A stretch of DNA of 64,000 nucleotides, from NCBI GenBank assembly GCA_038213805.1, contig JBBQSO010000002.1, positions 74,361 to 138,360 on the forward strand, given 5' to 3'. Shown one piece after another: positions 14,115 to 25,201 of the stretch (positions are counted from its first letter, which is position 1; each line of letters begins with the position of its first letter). The notes under the pieces are model-generated. The model did not search any database and had not been told where the DNA came from. It worked only from the letters and a program-made list of their open reading frames with translations. Source of the stretch: Planctomycetota bacterium. Its GTDB lineage: Bacteria; Planctomycetota; UBA11346. The position numbers were made by a program, and so were the translations under genes.

Positions 14115-14663
14115 TCAGGCCTGGCGCGCCGCCAGGGCCGGCGCCGCCGGGAAGTCGATGGGGGTCTGGGCGAGATTGTTGACCGAATTGGTCAACACGT
14201 TCAGGGCGACGTTCAGCACCACTTCGACGATCGCGCCATCGTCCAGGCCGGCACTGCGCGCCGCGGCGACTTCGGCATCGCTCACGTGGCCGCGCTGGGC
14301 GTTGATCGCTCTGGCCAGGGTCACCGCCGCTGCGGCGTAGACATCGCTGGCGGTACCCAGGCGGGCGCGCTGGATCTCGTCCGGGGCCAGACCGGCGCCC
14401 TTGCCGAGCAGGGTGTGCGCCGCCAGGCAGTAGTCGCAGCGGTTGTCCTGGGCGACGACCAGGGCGATGCGCTCGCGCACCGCCGCCGGCAGCGCACCCT
14501 TGCCGAGCGCGGCGTTCAGGCCGAGGTAGCCCTCGAGGGCTGCGGGGCTGTTGCCCACGACCTGCATGAGGTTGGGGACCATGCCGAGGGCGCCCTTCAC
14601 GGCCGCGTAGAGCGGCGTGACGGCGGGGTTGGTGGTGGTGGTGGGGATGGTGGTCAGGCGCAT
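14115..14663 (-). CDS. Carboxymuconolactone decarboxylase/AhpD-like peroxidase
   Basis: RERIALVVA..NRCDYCLAAH motif; GGAGG RBS. Confidence 0.9.
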   Translation of the reverse strand: MRLTTIPTTTTNPAVTPLYAAVKGALGMVPNLMQVVGNSPAALEGYLGLNAALGKGALPAAVRERIALVVAQDNRCDYCLAAHTLLGKGAGLAPDEIQRARLGTASDVYAAAAVTLARAINAQRGHVSDAEVAAARSAGLDDGAIVEVVLNVALNVLTNSVNNLAQTPIDFPAAPALAARQA

Positions 14664-14701
14664 GGGGTCCTCCTGGGACGCGTGGTTATGCTTATCCCAT
14701 G

Positions 14702-14716
14702 GCGCACCGCGTGCCG
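14702..14716 (-). promoter_or_regulatory. Putative sigma-54 -24/-12 promoter for the AhpD-HPP genes
   Basis: Minus strand CGGCACGCGGTGCGC gives GG-N10-GC with GGCACG; the usual TT before GC is absent; divergent bEBP gene is adjacent. Confidence 0.55.
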
Positions 14717-14785
14717 AATCAGATAAAATCCCATATGTTCAGTTACTTCAATACATTACATAAACAGTCGCAGGCATGCGCGGTA

Positions 14786-14835
14786 TACGATATATCGTAA
14801 TTTGCATTTCTTCGTAGATACTCCTACGATATCTC
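14786..14835. promoter_or_regulatory. Putative enhancer (UAS) sites for the sigma-54 activator
   Basis: Perfect palindrome TACGATATATCGTA at 14786-14799 plus TTCGTA and TACGATAT half-sites, in an AT-rich spacer. Confidence 0.55.
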
Positions 14836-16440
<1,605 letters not shown>

Positions 16441-16447
16441 ACCGGGA

Positions 16448-16816
16448 TCAGGGCCTGCGGGCCTTGGGTTTTAAGATGTCCTTCGACTTGCCCTTCTCCT
16501 TGCCTTTCTCCTTGCCACTGGCCTTCGGCTTGTCCCTGCCTGCACCCTTCTTCTTCTCAACCGTGGCGCTGCCGGGCACCCCGCTAACGCCGACCATCGC
16601 GCCGAAGATCAGCAGCGACGGACCGGCGATCATCAGGGTCAGCGCGAGCAGACGCCAGAACACCACTGCCGCGCGCTGCGTCGGCGAGATGGTCAGCACC
16701 AGCGCGGTGACCGCACCGTGCAGACGCGCTTCTAGCTGACGGTTGAGGTCGATGCCGAAGACCAGGGCGAAGGCACCGCCGGCGACCAGCAGCAGGACCA
16801 GCAGGGCGCGCACCAT
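16448..16816 (-). CDS. Small membrane protein with Lys-rich C-terminal tail
   Basis: Hydrophobic segments followed by a KKKG..KEKGKEKGK tail; co-oriented with the upstream methyltransferase. Confidence 0.55.
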   Translation of the reverse strand: MVRALLVLLLVAGGAFALVFGIDLNRQLEARLHGAVTALVLTISPTQRAAVVFWRLLALTLMIAGPSLLIFGAMVGVSGVPGSATVEKKKGAGRDKPKASGKEKGKEKGKSKDILKPKARRP

Positions 16817-16832
16817 CTGCGGGGCCAGGGCC

Positions 16833-17771
16833 TCAAACGGTGGCGAGGCGCTGGGCGGTCAGCACGAGGAACACCGGGAACTCCTTGGCGGCGCGGTCCT
16901 CGGCACCGAAGCGCGGGCCCTTGGTGCCGCGGCGGTGGCTGCATAGCTCTTCGCAGGCGATGACCCCGAGCCCGGCCTGGCCGCAGGCATTGAGGTAGGC
17001 CTGCAGCGGGCGGTGGAAGCTGGTCGTGCGACTGGCGTCCTGGGGCTTCCCGGGATGGGTGCGGATGGGCAGCGCCGTCGGTGACAGGTAGCCGTCGAGG
17101 CGGCGGTACTGGATGCCGTTGGCCTCGTCGAAGCCCCACGAGGTGCGGCGCGGGATGCGGAACGCGGGATGGGTCATGACCATGACCGCGCGTCCGCCCG
17201 GCTTGAGCAGCGCCGCGACGCCGCCCAGCACCGGCTGGATGGGATCGAGGTCCTGCAGCGCCATGACCAGCGCGGCATGATCAAAGCGCGGGCCCTTGAC
17301 GGTCGCGGCGAGATCGCGCGCGTCGCCCAGCAGGTAGGTCTCCTGCGCCTGGGCGCGACTGGTCGCGGCCGCGACCAGCGTCGGACTGGCGTCTACGCCG
17401 ACGGTCAGGACGCCGCGCCCGGCGAGCACGCGCCCGAGCACGCCCTGGCCGCTGCACACATCGAGCACGCGCTGCCCCGGTGTGGCGGCGAGCTGGCGCA
17501 GCACCGCGGGCAGGATCAGCTCGGTGTAGAAGTCGTCGCCACCGGCGCCAAGCAGCTGGTCGTACCAGCCGGCCTGAGCCTCCCAGGCGGTCTCGGCGGC
17601 GGGCGGGGTCGGGGCGCGGGCGGGTGCCTGCGGGATCTGGTCGCGGCGCGCATCGCGGCCGCGGTCATCTGCGCGCGCGGGCCGGGCGTCGGCGGGCCCC
17701 GTCGCGCCGGCCGCATCGCGCCGCCGTGGCCGGGGGGCATAGTCGCGCTTGGGGAAACGATCGCCGGTCAT
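16833..17771 (-). CDS. Class I SAM-dependent methyltransferase
   Basis: VLDVCSGQG, GVDASP and LLKPGGR motifs; Arg-rich N-terminal extension. Confidence 0.88.
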   Translation of the reverse strand: MTGDRFPKRDYAPRPRRRDAAGATGPADARPARADDRGRDARRDQIPQAPARAPTPPAAETAWEAQAGWYDQLLGAGGDDFYTELILPAVLRQLAATPGQRVLDVCSGQGVLGRVLAGRGVLTVGVDASPTLVAAATSRAQAQETYLLGDARDLAATVKGPRFDHAALVMALQDLDPIQPVLGGVAALLKPGGRAVMVMTHPAFRIPRRTSWGFDEANGIQYRRLDGYLSPTALPIRTHPGKPQDASRTTSFHRPLQAYLNACGQAGLGVIACEELCSHRRGTKGPRFGAEDRAAKEFPVFLVLTAQRLATV

Positions 17772-17860
17772 GCCTGCAGCATGCCCCCCGCCAGGGCTCG
17801 CACAATCGCCCGGCACGGCACCGGACGCAGCCGCACCCGCCGTGCGCTGTGCGCTGTGCG

Positions 17861-19351
17861 TCAGGAAATGCGCTCCGCCCGCGACGACTGCAGCAACGCG
17901 TCCGCCGCGTGCGCCTGCAGCCACGCGCGCCGCAGCAGCAGCGCGCCCCCGGCGATCAACGCACCCATGATCGCGGCTTCACGCAGCCCCAGCGGCACCT
18001 GCGGGTAGTAGGCGGTCTCGTCCAGGCCGGCGACGGAGAAGGTGTAGTTGTCCTGGAAGCGGTAGGCGCCGGGCGCCGCGTACCAGGCGGCGGTGGTCAC
18101 CTGGCCCGGATAGAGCGGATCTTCCGGATCATTCTGAAGCGGCCGGCAGAAGTCCTTGGTGGTGATCAGGCAGAGCAGGCCGCTGACGACCACCGCGAGC
18201 GTCGCGTAGGTCAGCCCACGCTGCGGCCAGCGGCGCGCGATCGTCACCGCCAGCGGCGGCAGGCCGACACCGGCGAGCATGATGAAGGCGACATGGTAGC
18301 GCAGCGGCGACCACCAGGTGCACTTGAATGCCAGCCACAGGCACTCCTGCGCGGCCAGGGCCGCAAGCACCGCCAGGGCGACGCGCCGCCACGCGCAGGT
18401 CGGGGTGCGGCCGCAGGCGACCAGGGCGGCGATGGCGCAGGGCAGCCACGGCACGCCCAGCACGACGATCGCGAGACCGCGCAGATTGTGCGGCAGCGAG
18501 GCGAGGGTCAGGGCGTTGCAGCCGTCGTCGTAATAGGTGTAGCCGGAGACCAGCGGGCCGCCGAAGCGGTGCCAATTCATCGCCAGAACCCCCGCCATGG
18601 GCAGCGCGGCCGCGCCAAGCAGCAATCCGGCCGCGCGCCAGCCGGCGCGGCTCCCGCGCCACAGCACCCAGGCCGCGCCGGCGCTCAACACACCCATCCC
18701 CGGGGCATTCGCGTTGTGGCACATCGCTGCCATGCCGAAGGCGAACCCCGCCAACAAGGCCAGACGCAGCGGCGTGCGCCCGTCGGCCAGGGCCAGTGCA
18801 ACCGCCCACAGGCCGAGCAGCGCGAGCAGGCCCACCACCGGCTCGACGTAGAACAGGCGGCTATAATAGAGGCCCGAGCCGCTGAGCACGAGCACTAGGC
18901 CGCCCCACGTCCCGGCGCTGCGCGGCAGGCGCAGCGCACGGGCGATGCCGGCCAGCGCCACCGCCGCGCCCGCGGTCGCCAGGGGCGACATCAGCGCCAT
19001 CAGCCAGCGATGGTGAAAGGCGCCGCCGCTCAGCCATTCCAGACCGGCTCCGAGCAGCACGAAAGGACCACTGAGGATGGGCAGGCCGATCGAAAAGCGG
19101 CTGTAGACCTCGCCGCGCGGGCCGAGGTGCTCCAGGCGCATGTCCCAGCGCCCGTCCAGCCACAGCGACTCCGCGTCCTGCGCGTACTCGTAGAGATCGT
19201 AGACGCCGAATGGGCCGACGAACCACGCCAGCAGCACCAGCAGCGTGCCGGCGAAAAGCAGCACGTCGCTGCGCCACGGCGCTGGCGCCCCCGGCAGCGC
19301 CAAGACCACGGGCCCAGGCGCCAGGGACGCGGAAGGTGGCCCGGCGCTCAT
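17861..19351 (-). CDS. Polytopic membrane protein, possible GT-C glycosyltransferase
   Basis: About 11 TM segments with an acidic loop (YDLYEY..D) after TM1; ATGA overlap with the GT2 gene. Confidence 0.6.
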   Translation of the reverse strand: MSAGPPSASLAPGPVVLALPGAPAPWRSDVLLFAGTLLVLLAWFVGPFGVYDLYEYAQDAESLWLDGRWDMRLEHLGPRGEVYSRFSIGLPILSGPFVLLGAGLEWLSGGAFHHRWLMALMSPLATAGAAVALAGIARALRLPRSAGTWGGLVLVLSGSGLYYSRLFYVEPVVGLLALLGLWAVALALADGRTPLRLALLAGFAFGMAAMCHNANAPGMGVLSAGAAWVLWRGSRAGWRAAGLLLGAAALPMAGVLAMNWHRFGGPLVSGYTYYDDGCNALTLASLPHNLRGLAIVVLGVPWLPCAIAALVACGRTPTCAWRRVALAVLAALAAQECLWLAFKCTWWSPLRYHVAFIMLAGVGLPPLAVTIARRWPQRGLTYATLAVVVSGLLCLITTKDFCRPLQNDPEDPLYPGQVTTAAWYAAPGAYRFQDNYTFSVAGLDETAYYPQVPLGLREAAIMGALIAGGALLLRRAWLQAHAADALLQSSRAERIS

Positions 19352-20790
19352 CGCATCGCCAACCGGCGCGCCGCGAACCACGCCATGCGCAGCAGGATCA
19401 GGCCGTGGCGCCAGCGCTGGATGTTGGTCTCGCCATAGACCCGCGCGTGGTAGCGCACCGGCACGTCGACCATGCGCAGGTTGAGCTTGGCGGCGCCCAG
19501 GATCAGGTCGAAGTCGCCGAAGGGGTCGAAGTCGCCGAAGAAGGCGCGGCCGGCCTCCAGGCGCAGGTAGTCGGCGCGCGCCAGGGCCTTGGTGCCGCAC
19601 AGCGTGTCGCCCAGGCGCTGGCCAAGGATCATCGACAGCACCGCCGCGAAGAACTTGTTGCCGAGCAAGTTGAAGAAGCGCATCGCGCTGGGCGCGAGCG
19701 GGTAGACCAGGCGCACGCCGTTGACGTACTCGCCGCGGCCGGAGCGCAGCGCCTCGTGGAAGGAGGCAAGGTCCTCGGGCGCCACCGCCATGTCGGCGTC
19801 GAGGATCATCAGCAGGTCGCCGGTCGCGGCGGCGAAGCCGCAACGCACCGCGTCGGCCTTGCCGCGGCCGCTATGGCGCAGCAGCTTCATGCTGCGCTCC
19901 GGGTGCTCGGCGATGCAGCGCGCGATCTCCTCGGCGGTGCCGTCGCTGCTGCCGCCCTCGACGAAGATCAGTTCGGTGCCGGCGCCCATCTCGGGCACGC
20001 GCGCGACGATGTCGCGGATGGTGCCGGCCTCATTGCGCGCCGGCACGATGACGCTGACGCGCTGCGGCGGACGCGGCGTGGCCTGCGGGCGGGCGACGAA
20101 GACCTGGGCGATGCCCAGGCCGCGCAGCGGCCACCAGCGGCCAAGCACGCGGTTGACCAGCGGGGCGAGCAGCGGGATGCCCAGCGGCAGCGGCATTTCG
20201 CGCCAGTCGCGCACCACCTCGAAGCCCGACAGGTAGAGCAGGTTGCGGACATCGCCCGCGGACAGCCAGTTCTGCGCCAGCATCGGCCGCGCCAGGCCGA
20301 GGCGGCGCGCGCAGGCCAGCGGCACCTGCCACAGGCGGTTGAAGCAGGTGATGATCAGGCGCGTGCCGGGATGGCAGTGCGGCTGCAGCCGGCGCAGCAC
20401 GGTCTCGACGTTCCACAGGTCATCGACCAGGTCGGAAAGCACGATGTAGTCGAAGGTGCCGGTCAGCGGCGGATCGTGGGCATCTGCCTGGATGAATTCG
20501 AGCTGCGGGTGACGGATACGAGCCTGATCGAGGGCCACCGCGCTCACATCCAGGCCGACGCCGCGCCGCGGCTTGAGCGCGGCCAGCAGGTCGCCGGTGC
20601 CGCAGCCGACCTCCAGCACGGCCATGTCCGGCGGCACCAGGAACCCATGCAAGGCCTGGAGCTGCCGGTGATAATAACCGCCGAGCGTCCACCGCGGCTT
20701 GGCCGCGACGTGGTCCCAATGTTGGACCCGCGTCCGCCGATGGTCGGCGCGCAGGCGCTGCGTACCGGTTTCCGTGTCGGACAGCAGCAT
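19348..20790 (-). CDS. Methyltransferase-GT2 (polyprenol-phosphate glycosyltransferase-like) fusion
   Basis: VLEVGCGTG; VSVIVPARNEA, ILDAD and DTLCGTK motifs. Confidence 0.9.
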   Translation of the reverse strand: MLLSDTETGTQRLRADHRRTRVQHWDHVAAKPRWTLGGYYHRQLQALHGFLVPPDMAVLEVGCGTGDLLAALKPRRGVGLDVSAVALDQARIRHPQLEFIQADAHDPPLTGTFDYIVLSDLVDDLWNVETVLRRLQPHCHPGTRLIITCFNRLWQVPLACARRLGLARPMLAQNWLSAGDVRNLLYLSGFEVVRDWREMPLPLGIPLLAPLVNRVLGRWWPLRGLGIAQVFVARPQATPRPPQRVSVIVPARNEAGTIRDIVARVPEMGAGTELIFVEGGSSDGTAEEIARCIAEHPERSMKLLRHSGRGKADAVRCGFAAATGDLLMILDADMAVAPEDLASFHEALRSGRGEYVNGVRLVYPLAPSAMRFFNLLGNKFFAAVLSMILGQRLGDTLCGTKALARADYLRLEAGRAFFGDFDPFGDFDLILGAAKLNLRMVDVPVRYHARVYGETNIQRWRHGLILLRMAWFAARRLAMR

Positions 20791-20945
20791 CCCGTCAGCA
20801 TACCCCGGCATCCGGCATCCCGCACGACCCGGGCGGGTCGGTAGTGGCACCTGGCGATCCTTGCGGATTGCGGAACTCCCCGTCTCAGGCCATGGATTGC
20901 AAGCCGCCACCCCCTTCCCACCATGACCAGCACTAGGCAGAGCCC

Positions 20946-21956
20946 ATGGACGGTCCCACATTCCTGCTCTTTTACGCCGCGATCGCCGCGGTCCTCCTTG
21001 GCCTGTGCCGCTGGCGCAACCGCGCCGCGCCGCCGCGCCTGACGCCGCTGCGCGAGTTGCCGGCCGACCCGGAACCCTACGAGGTGGCCTGGCTGCGCGG
21101 TGGCGGGGCAGAGATCGTGCGCCTGGCGGTTTTCGACCTGATGCGCTGCAGCTACCTGGCGATCGAGAAGGCCGGCTCCGCGAGCGGCGGGACGCGCCGC
21201 ATCGCGCGCATCGCCGAACCCTCGCCCGAGGCCGCGATCTCGCCCTTCGCGCGCATGACCTGGGCGGCCTGCGCCGTGCCCATGCCGGCCTGGAAGCTGC
21301 TGCAAGGCACTCTGCCCAAGCGCATCGATGAACGCTGCCGGGCTTTGCGCACGCGCTTCGAGGAGCAGGGCCTGGTGATCCGGCCGGCGCTGCGCTTCCA
21401 AGGCATTCTCATGACCCTTGCTGCCGTGGCGGCCCTGCTCGTCCTCGGCTTCTGGCGCATCGAGCGTTCGCTCGCTTCCGGGCACCACAACCTTGGCTTC
21501 CTGGCGGCGCTGATGGCGATCAGCATCGTGGTGGCGCTGCGGGCCACCCTGCCGCCCGCGCGGCTGACCAGCCATGGGCGCGCCTACCTGGCTGGACTGG
21601 TGGCGGGCAGGCCGGATGCGCGGACGGCGTCGCCCGCACGCGCGCCCGCAGCGGCCGCTACGCGCTCAGCGCATGCCGCGGACGCGGAGCCGCTCGCCGC
21701 CGGGATGCCGATGGCGCCCGCCCTGCTCGGCGTCGCGCTGCTCGGCTTCCCGGCACTGGCCGGAACAAATTACGCGGTGATGGGCGAGCTCTTCCCACGC
21801 GCCCAGGCGCCAGGCAACGGCTCGTCGTGCAGCAGCGGTTCGTCCTGTGGCAGCAGTTCCTCCTGCGGCAGCAGCAACTCTGGCGGGGATAGCGGCGGTG
21901 GCAGCGACGGCGGCAGCAGCGGCTGCGGCGGAGGCTGCGGTGGCGGTGGCGACTGA
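20946..21956 (+). CDS. TIGR04222-type membrane protein with a Cys/Ser/Gly low-complexity C-terminal tail
   Basis: MDGPTFLLFY, PYEVAWLRGG, RLTSHGRAYL; tail SSCSSGSSCGSSSSCG...GCGGGCGGGGD. Confidence 0.88.
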   Translation: MDGPTFLLFYAAIAAVLLGLCRWRNRAAPPRLTPLRELPADPEPYEVAWLRGGGAEIVRLAVFDLMRCSYLAIEKAGSASGGTRRIARIAEPSPEAAISPFARMTWAACAVPMPAWKLLQGTLPKRIDERCRALRTRFEEQGLVIRPALRFQGILMTLAAVAALLVLGFWRIERSLASGHHNLGFLAALMAISIVVALRATLPPARLTSHGRAYLAGLVAGRPDARTASPARAPAAAATRSAHAADAEPLAAGMPMAPALLGVALLGFPALAGTNYAVMGELFPRAQAPGNGSSCSSGSSCGSSSSCGSSNSGGDSGGGSDGGSSGCGGGCGGGGD

Positions 21957-22782
21957 GTCGACGGCGCTGCTCGGCGCCGGCCTCGGCTGGCGCACACCTC
22001 TCGCGTCCGGCATCCTGCAGCAGCGCGCGCGCATCGACGTCATCGAGATCGTCGCCGACCACTTCCTTGACGCCGCGGGCGAGACGCTGGCGGAGCTCGA
22101 CCTGCTGCGCGCGCACTTCACCGTCATCCCGCATGCACTCGATCTGTCATTGGGCAGCGCCGACGGCGTCGACGGCGCGTATCTCGACAAACTCGCCGCG
22201 CTGATCGAGCGCCTGGATCCGCCGTGGTGGAGCGAGCACCTTGCCTTCACACGCGCCGGCGGAATGCGCATCGGCCATCTCATGCCCCTGCCGCGGACGC
22301 GCGCCGCGGTCGCGGTGGTGGGGCGCAACGTCGCGCAGGTGGCCCGTACCATCCGCACGCCGCTGCTGCTCGAGAACAGCGCCGCGCAGTTCACCCTGCC
22401 AGGTGGACTTGATGAGGCGGAGTTCCTTGGCGCGGTGGTCGACGCGACCGGCTGTGGCCTGCTGCTCGACCTCGCCAACCTGCACGCCGATGCGGTCAAC
22501 CACGGCGGCGATGCGCGCACGCTGCTCGCGCGCCTGCCGCTGGAGCGCGTCGTGCAGCTCCACCTCGCCGGTGGCGACCTCGATCGCGGCATGCTGGTCG
22601 ACAGCCACGCCAGCGCGGTCGCGCCCGCGGTCTGGGCGCTGGCCGCGGACGTGCTGGCGCACGCCCCGGTGCGCGCGGCGATCCTCGAACGCGATGCGCG
22701 CTTCGCCGGCATCGGCCCGCTGCTCGATGAGCTTGACCTGCTGCGCGCGCGCTGGCCGGCCCTGCAGGCCGCGCGCGCATGA
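21946..22782 (+). CDS. Multinuclear non-heme iron-dependent oxidase (MNIO, DUF692 family)
   Basis: GLGWR, PHALDLSLG, SEHLAF, LLEN, LLDLANL, LHLAGG, VDSH and ILERD motifs; GTG start (21946 or 21940) after GGAGG, overlapping the upstream stop. Confidence 0.92.
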   Translation: MATESTALLGAGLGWRTPLASGILQQRARIDVIEIVADHFLDAAGETLAELDLLRAHFTVIPHALDLSLGSADGVDGAYLDKLAALIERLDPPWWSEHLAFTRAGGMRIGHLMPLPRTRAAVAVVGRNVAQVARTIRTPLLLENSAAQFTLPGGLDEAEFLGAVVDATGCGLLLDLANLHADAVNHGGDARTLLARLPLERVVQLHLAGGDLDRGMLVDSHASAVAPAVWALAADVLAHAPVRAAILERDARFAGIGPLLDELDLLRARWPALQAARA

Positions 22783-23378
22783 GCGCTGCCGAGCCCGACC
22801 TGGCCGCACTGCAGGCGCAGCTGGCGCGCGCGCTGGTCGATCCGGCCGCGCTTGCCGCGCTCACCGCGCGCCCGCCGGCGTGGCTGGCCGGCGATCCCGC
22901 GCGAGTGCGTGGGATCGCATTCGCCGCGCGCTCGCTGGTCGCCAAACGCCGCGCCGAAGCGTTGCCGTTGCTCGGCGCGGTCGCTGCGGCGCTGGGGCCG
23001 CCGCTGCGCGCGCGCTTCGAGGCCTTCGCTGCGACCCATGCGCCCGCCGCCGGCCAGCCGCGCAGCGATGCCCTGCGCTTGCTCGCCACGCTCGTCACCG
23101 ATCCGACCTTGCCCGCGTGGCTGCGCGCGCTGGCGCGCTGGCAGGCCGGTCTGGTGGCGGCCGCACGGCCCGGCCCGTTCCTGCGCCTGGAGCACTTCGC
23201 CTGGCGCGTCGACCGCCAGCGCGGCGCGGACCCGCCCGACCCAGGCGTGTTGATCGCGGCGTGGTGGCGCTGGTCGCGGCGCGGCCGGCTCCATCATGTC
23301 CGCCTCATGCCCCCCCGCCGCCGCCTGCCGCCGTCCGATCTGGATCCCCTCAACCTGCCGCGCGGAACCCGCCCATGA
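22779..23378 (+). CDS. Putative MNIO partner protein
   Basis: ATGA overlap with the MNIO gene; helical N-terminus LAALQAQLARAL...SLVAKR resembling DUF692-associated partner domains. Confidence 0.65.
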   Translation: MSAAEPDLAALQAQLARALVDPAALAALTARPPAWLAGDPARVRGIAFAARSLVAKRRAEALPLLGAVAAALGPPLRARFEAFAATHAPAAGQPRSDALRLLATLVTDPTLPAWLRALARWQAGLVAAARPGPFLRLEHFAWRVDRQRGADPPDPGVLIAAWWRWSRRGRLHHVRLMPPRRRLPPSDLDPLNLPRGTRP

Positions 23379-23713
23379 GCTGGCCGCTGCTCATCATCAT
23401 CGGCAGCCAGCTGCTGTTCACCCTCAGTGATCTCATTGCCCGCATCCACATGAAGTCAGGCGGCTTCACTGTCGCCAACTTCATGACGATGTGGTTCGCC
23501 GGATACATGCTGATCCGCCTGGTCGCCACCGTCGGCCAGCTCTACATCTTCGCGAGCATCGACCTTGGCAAGAGCATGGCGCTGTTCGGGGCCGCCTCGA
23601 TCGTGCTCGCCAACCTGCTCGGCTTCCTGGTGCTCAAGGAGGTGCTGTCGCCGACCGTGTACGTGGCGGTCTCGATGGTGGTCGTCGCGTTCATGATCCT
23701 CGCCTGGCGCTAG
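23375..23713 (+). CDS. Small 4-TM SMR/EamA-like (ArnE/F-like) transporter
   Basis: 112 aa, four hydrophobic helices, LGFLVLKEVLS motif; ATGA overlap with the previous gene. Confidence 0.75.
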   Translation: MSWPLLIIIGSQLLFTLSDLIARIHMKSGGFTVANFMTMWFAGYMLIRLVATVGQLYIFASIDLGKSMALFGAASIVLANLLGFLVLKEVLSPTVYVAVSMVVVAFMILAWR

Positions 23714-23776
23714 TTCGCCGAAGCGTGGCCTCAGCAGCATGCGGCCGTGTGCGCAGACGTTCCCCCGACTCGCGGC

Positions 23777-24946
23777 TCAATACGCGGTGATCGACGGATC
23801 GATCTGCTCGCCCCACGCCAGGATGCCGCCCTCCAGGTTCAGCACCTTGGTGAAGCCGTGCTTCTGCAGGGTCTCGAGGGCCTTCATGCTGCGCCGCCCC
23901 GACTTGCACTGGGCGACGATGAGCTTGTCCTTCCACGCGGCGAGCTCGCCGAGGCGCGCCGGCAGCTGGCCGAGCGGAATGTTGAGGTTGCCGTCGATCT
24001 GGCAGACGCCCAGCTCGGACGGCTCGCGCACGTCGAGCAGCAGGTGCTCGGTGCCGGCCTCGCGCAGTTCGGAATAATCGCCGACCGAGATCTCGAGTCC
24101 ACTCATGCCGCTGTCGCTTTCTCCGCGTTTCAGGCCGCAGAATTCCTGGTAATCGATGAGCTGGGTGATGGTCGGATTCCGCCCGCACACCGGGCACGTC
24201 GGATCGGGCCGCAGCTTGAGCTCGCGGAAGGTCATGTTCAATGCGTCGTAGCGCAGGAAGCGCCCGGCCAGGGTGCGGCCCATGCCGGTCAGCACCTTGA
24301 TCGCCTCGGTGGCCTGGATCATGGCGATGCTGCCGGGCAGCACGCCCAGCACGCCGCCCTCGCTGCACGACGGCACCTCGCCGGGCGGCGGCGGTTCGGG
24401 GTACAGGAAGCGGTAGCACGGCCCGTTGCGGGTGCCGTCCGGCTGCTTGCGCACGTCGAAGACCGTGGCCTGGCCTTCGAAGCGGTAGATCGACCCGTAG
24501 ATGTTCACCTTGTCGAGGAACACGCAGGCGTCGTTGACCAGGTAGCGGGTCGGAAAGTTGTCGGTGCCGTCGATGACGATGTCGTACTTGGCGATGATCT
24601 CGAGCGCGTTGCCGGAGTTGATCCCCTCCTCATAGACCTCGACGACGACGTCGGGATTGAGGTCGTTGATGCCGCGCTTGGCACTCTGCGCCTTACTGGT
24701 GCCGACGTCCTGGGTGCGGTGGATGATCTGGCGCTGCAGGTTCGAGACGTCGACCGCGTCGAAGTCCATGATGCCGATGCGCCCGACCCCGGCCGCGGCC
24801 AGGTAGAGGGCAAGGGGCGAACCCAGGCCGCCGGCGCCAATCAACAGCACCGCCGACTTCAGCAGCTTCTCCTGGCCCATCTCGCCGAACTCGGGCAGGG
24901 TCAGGTGGCGGGCATAGCGCAGGTACTGGTCGCGTTTCAGCGGCAT
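23777..24946 (-). CDS. moeB: Molybdopterin-synthase adenylyltransferase MoeB/MoeZ with rhodanese domain
   Basis: RYARH, GAGGLGSP, SNLQRQ, PCYR, CPVCG; C-terminal rhodanese motifs (DVRE, CKSGRRS, LEGGILAW). Confidence 0.93.
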   Translation of the reverse strand: MPLKRDQYLRYARHLTLPEFGEMGQEKLLKSAVLLIGAGGLGSPLALYLAAAGVGRIGIMDFDAVDVSNLQRQIIHRTQDVGTSKAQSAKRGINDLNPDVVVEVYEEGINSGNALEIIAKYDIVIDGTDNFPTRYLVNDACVFLDKVNIYGSIYRFEGQATVFDVRKQPDGTRNGPCYRFLYPEPPPPGEVPSCSEGGVLGVLPGSIAMIQATEAIKVLTGMGRTLAGRFLRYDALNMTFRELKLRPDPTCPVCGRNPTITQLIDYQEFCGLKRGESDSGMSGLEISVGDYSELREAGTEHLLLDVREPSELGVCQIDGNLNIPLGQLPARLGELAAWKDKLIVAQCKSGRRSMKALETLQKHGFTKVLNLEGGILAWGEQIDPSITAY

Positions 24947-25026
24947 GGGCTCTCCGGAGCGGCGGGCGCGGGATCATGCAGGCGCGGCGGACGTGAAAAG
25001 GGGAAAGCCTGTGCGCCTGCGGCGCG

Positions 25027-25201
25027 GTCCGGGAGTCCGGGAGTCAGGGAGTCAGGAAGTCGCGGAGGACAATGAACAACCCAAATGACCCGGTCGCGCG
25101 TGGACGCAGGTAGAGGATTTCAGAGCGGTGCGTCACGACCGGGCATGGATTCGCCCATGCCTACGAGACTTCCGGACCTCCGGACTTCCGGACTTCCGGA
25201 C
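25027..25201. repeat. Inverted pair of GTCCGGAA arrays (25027-25065 and 25163-25201)
   Basis: Four units per arm; the right arm overlaps the MEKHLA 3' end. Confidence 0.9.

Noticed and set aside
20791..20945. A separate small precursor peptide for the MNIO
   Set aside because: No Cys-patterned ORF with an RBS was seen in this spacer or elsewhere next to the operon
23777..24946. MoeB (ThiF/E1-like) as a tailoring enzyme of the MNIO cluster
   Set aside because: Convergent orientation and a canonical MoeZ architecture with rhodanese point to a housekeeping sulfur-transfer role
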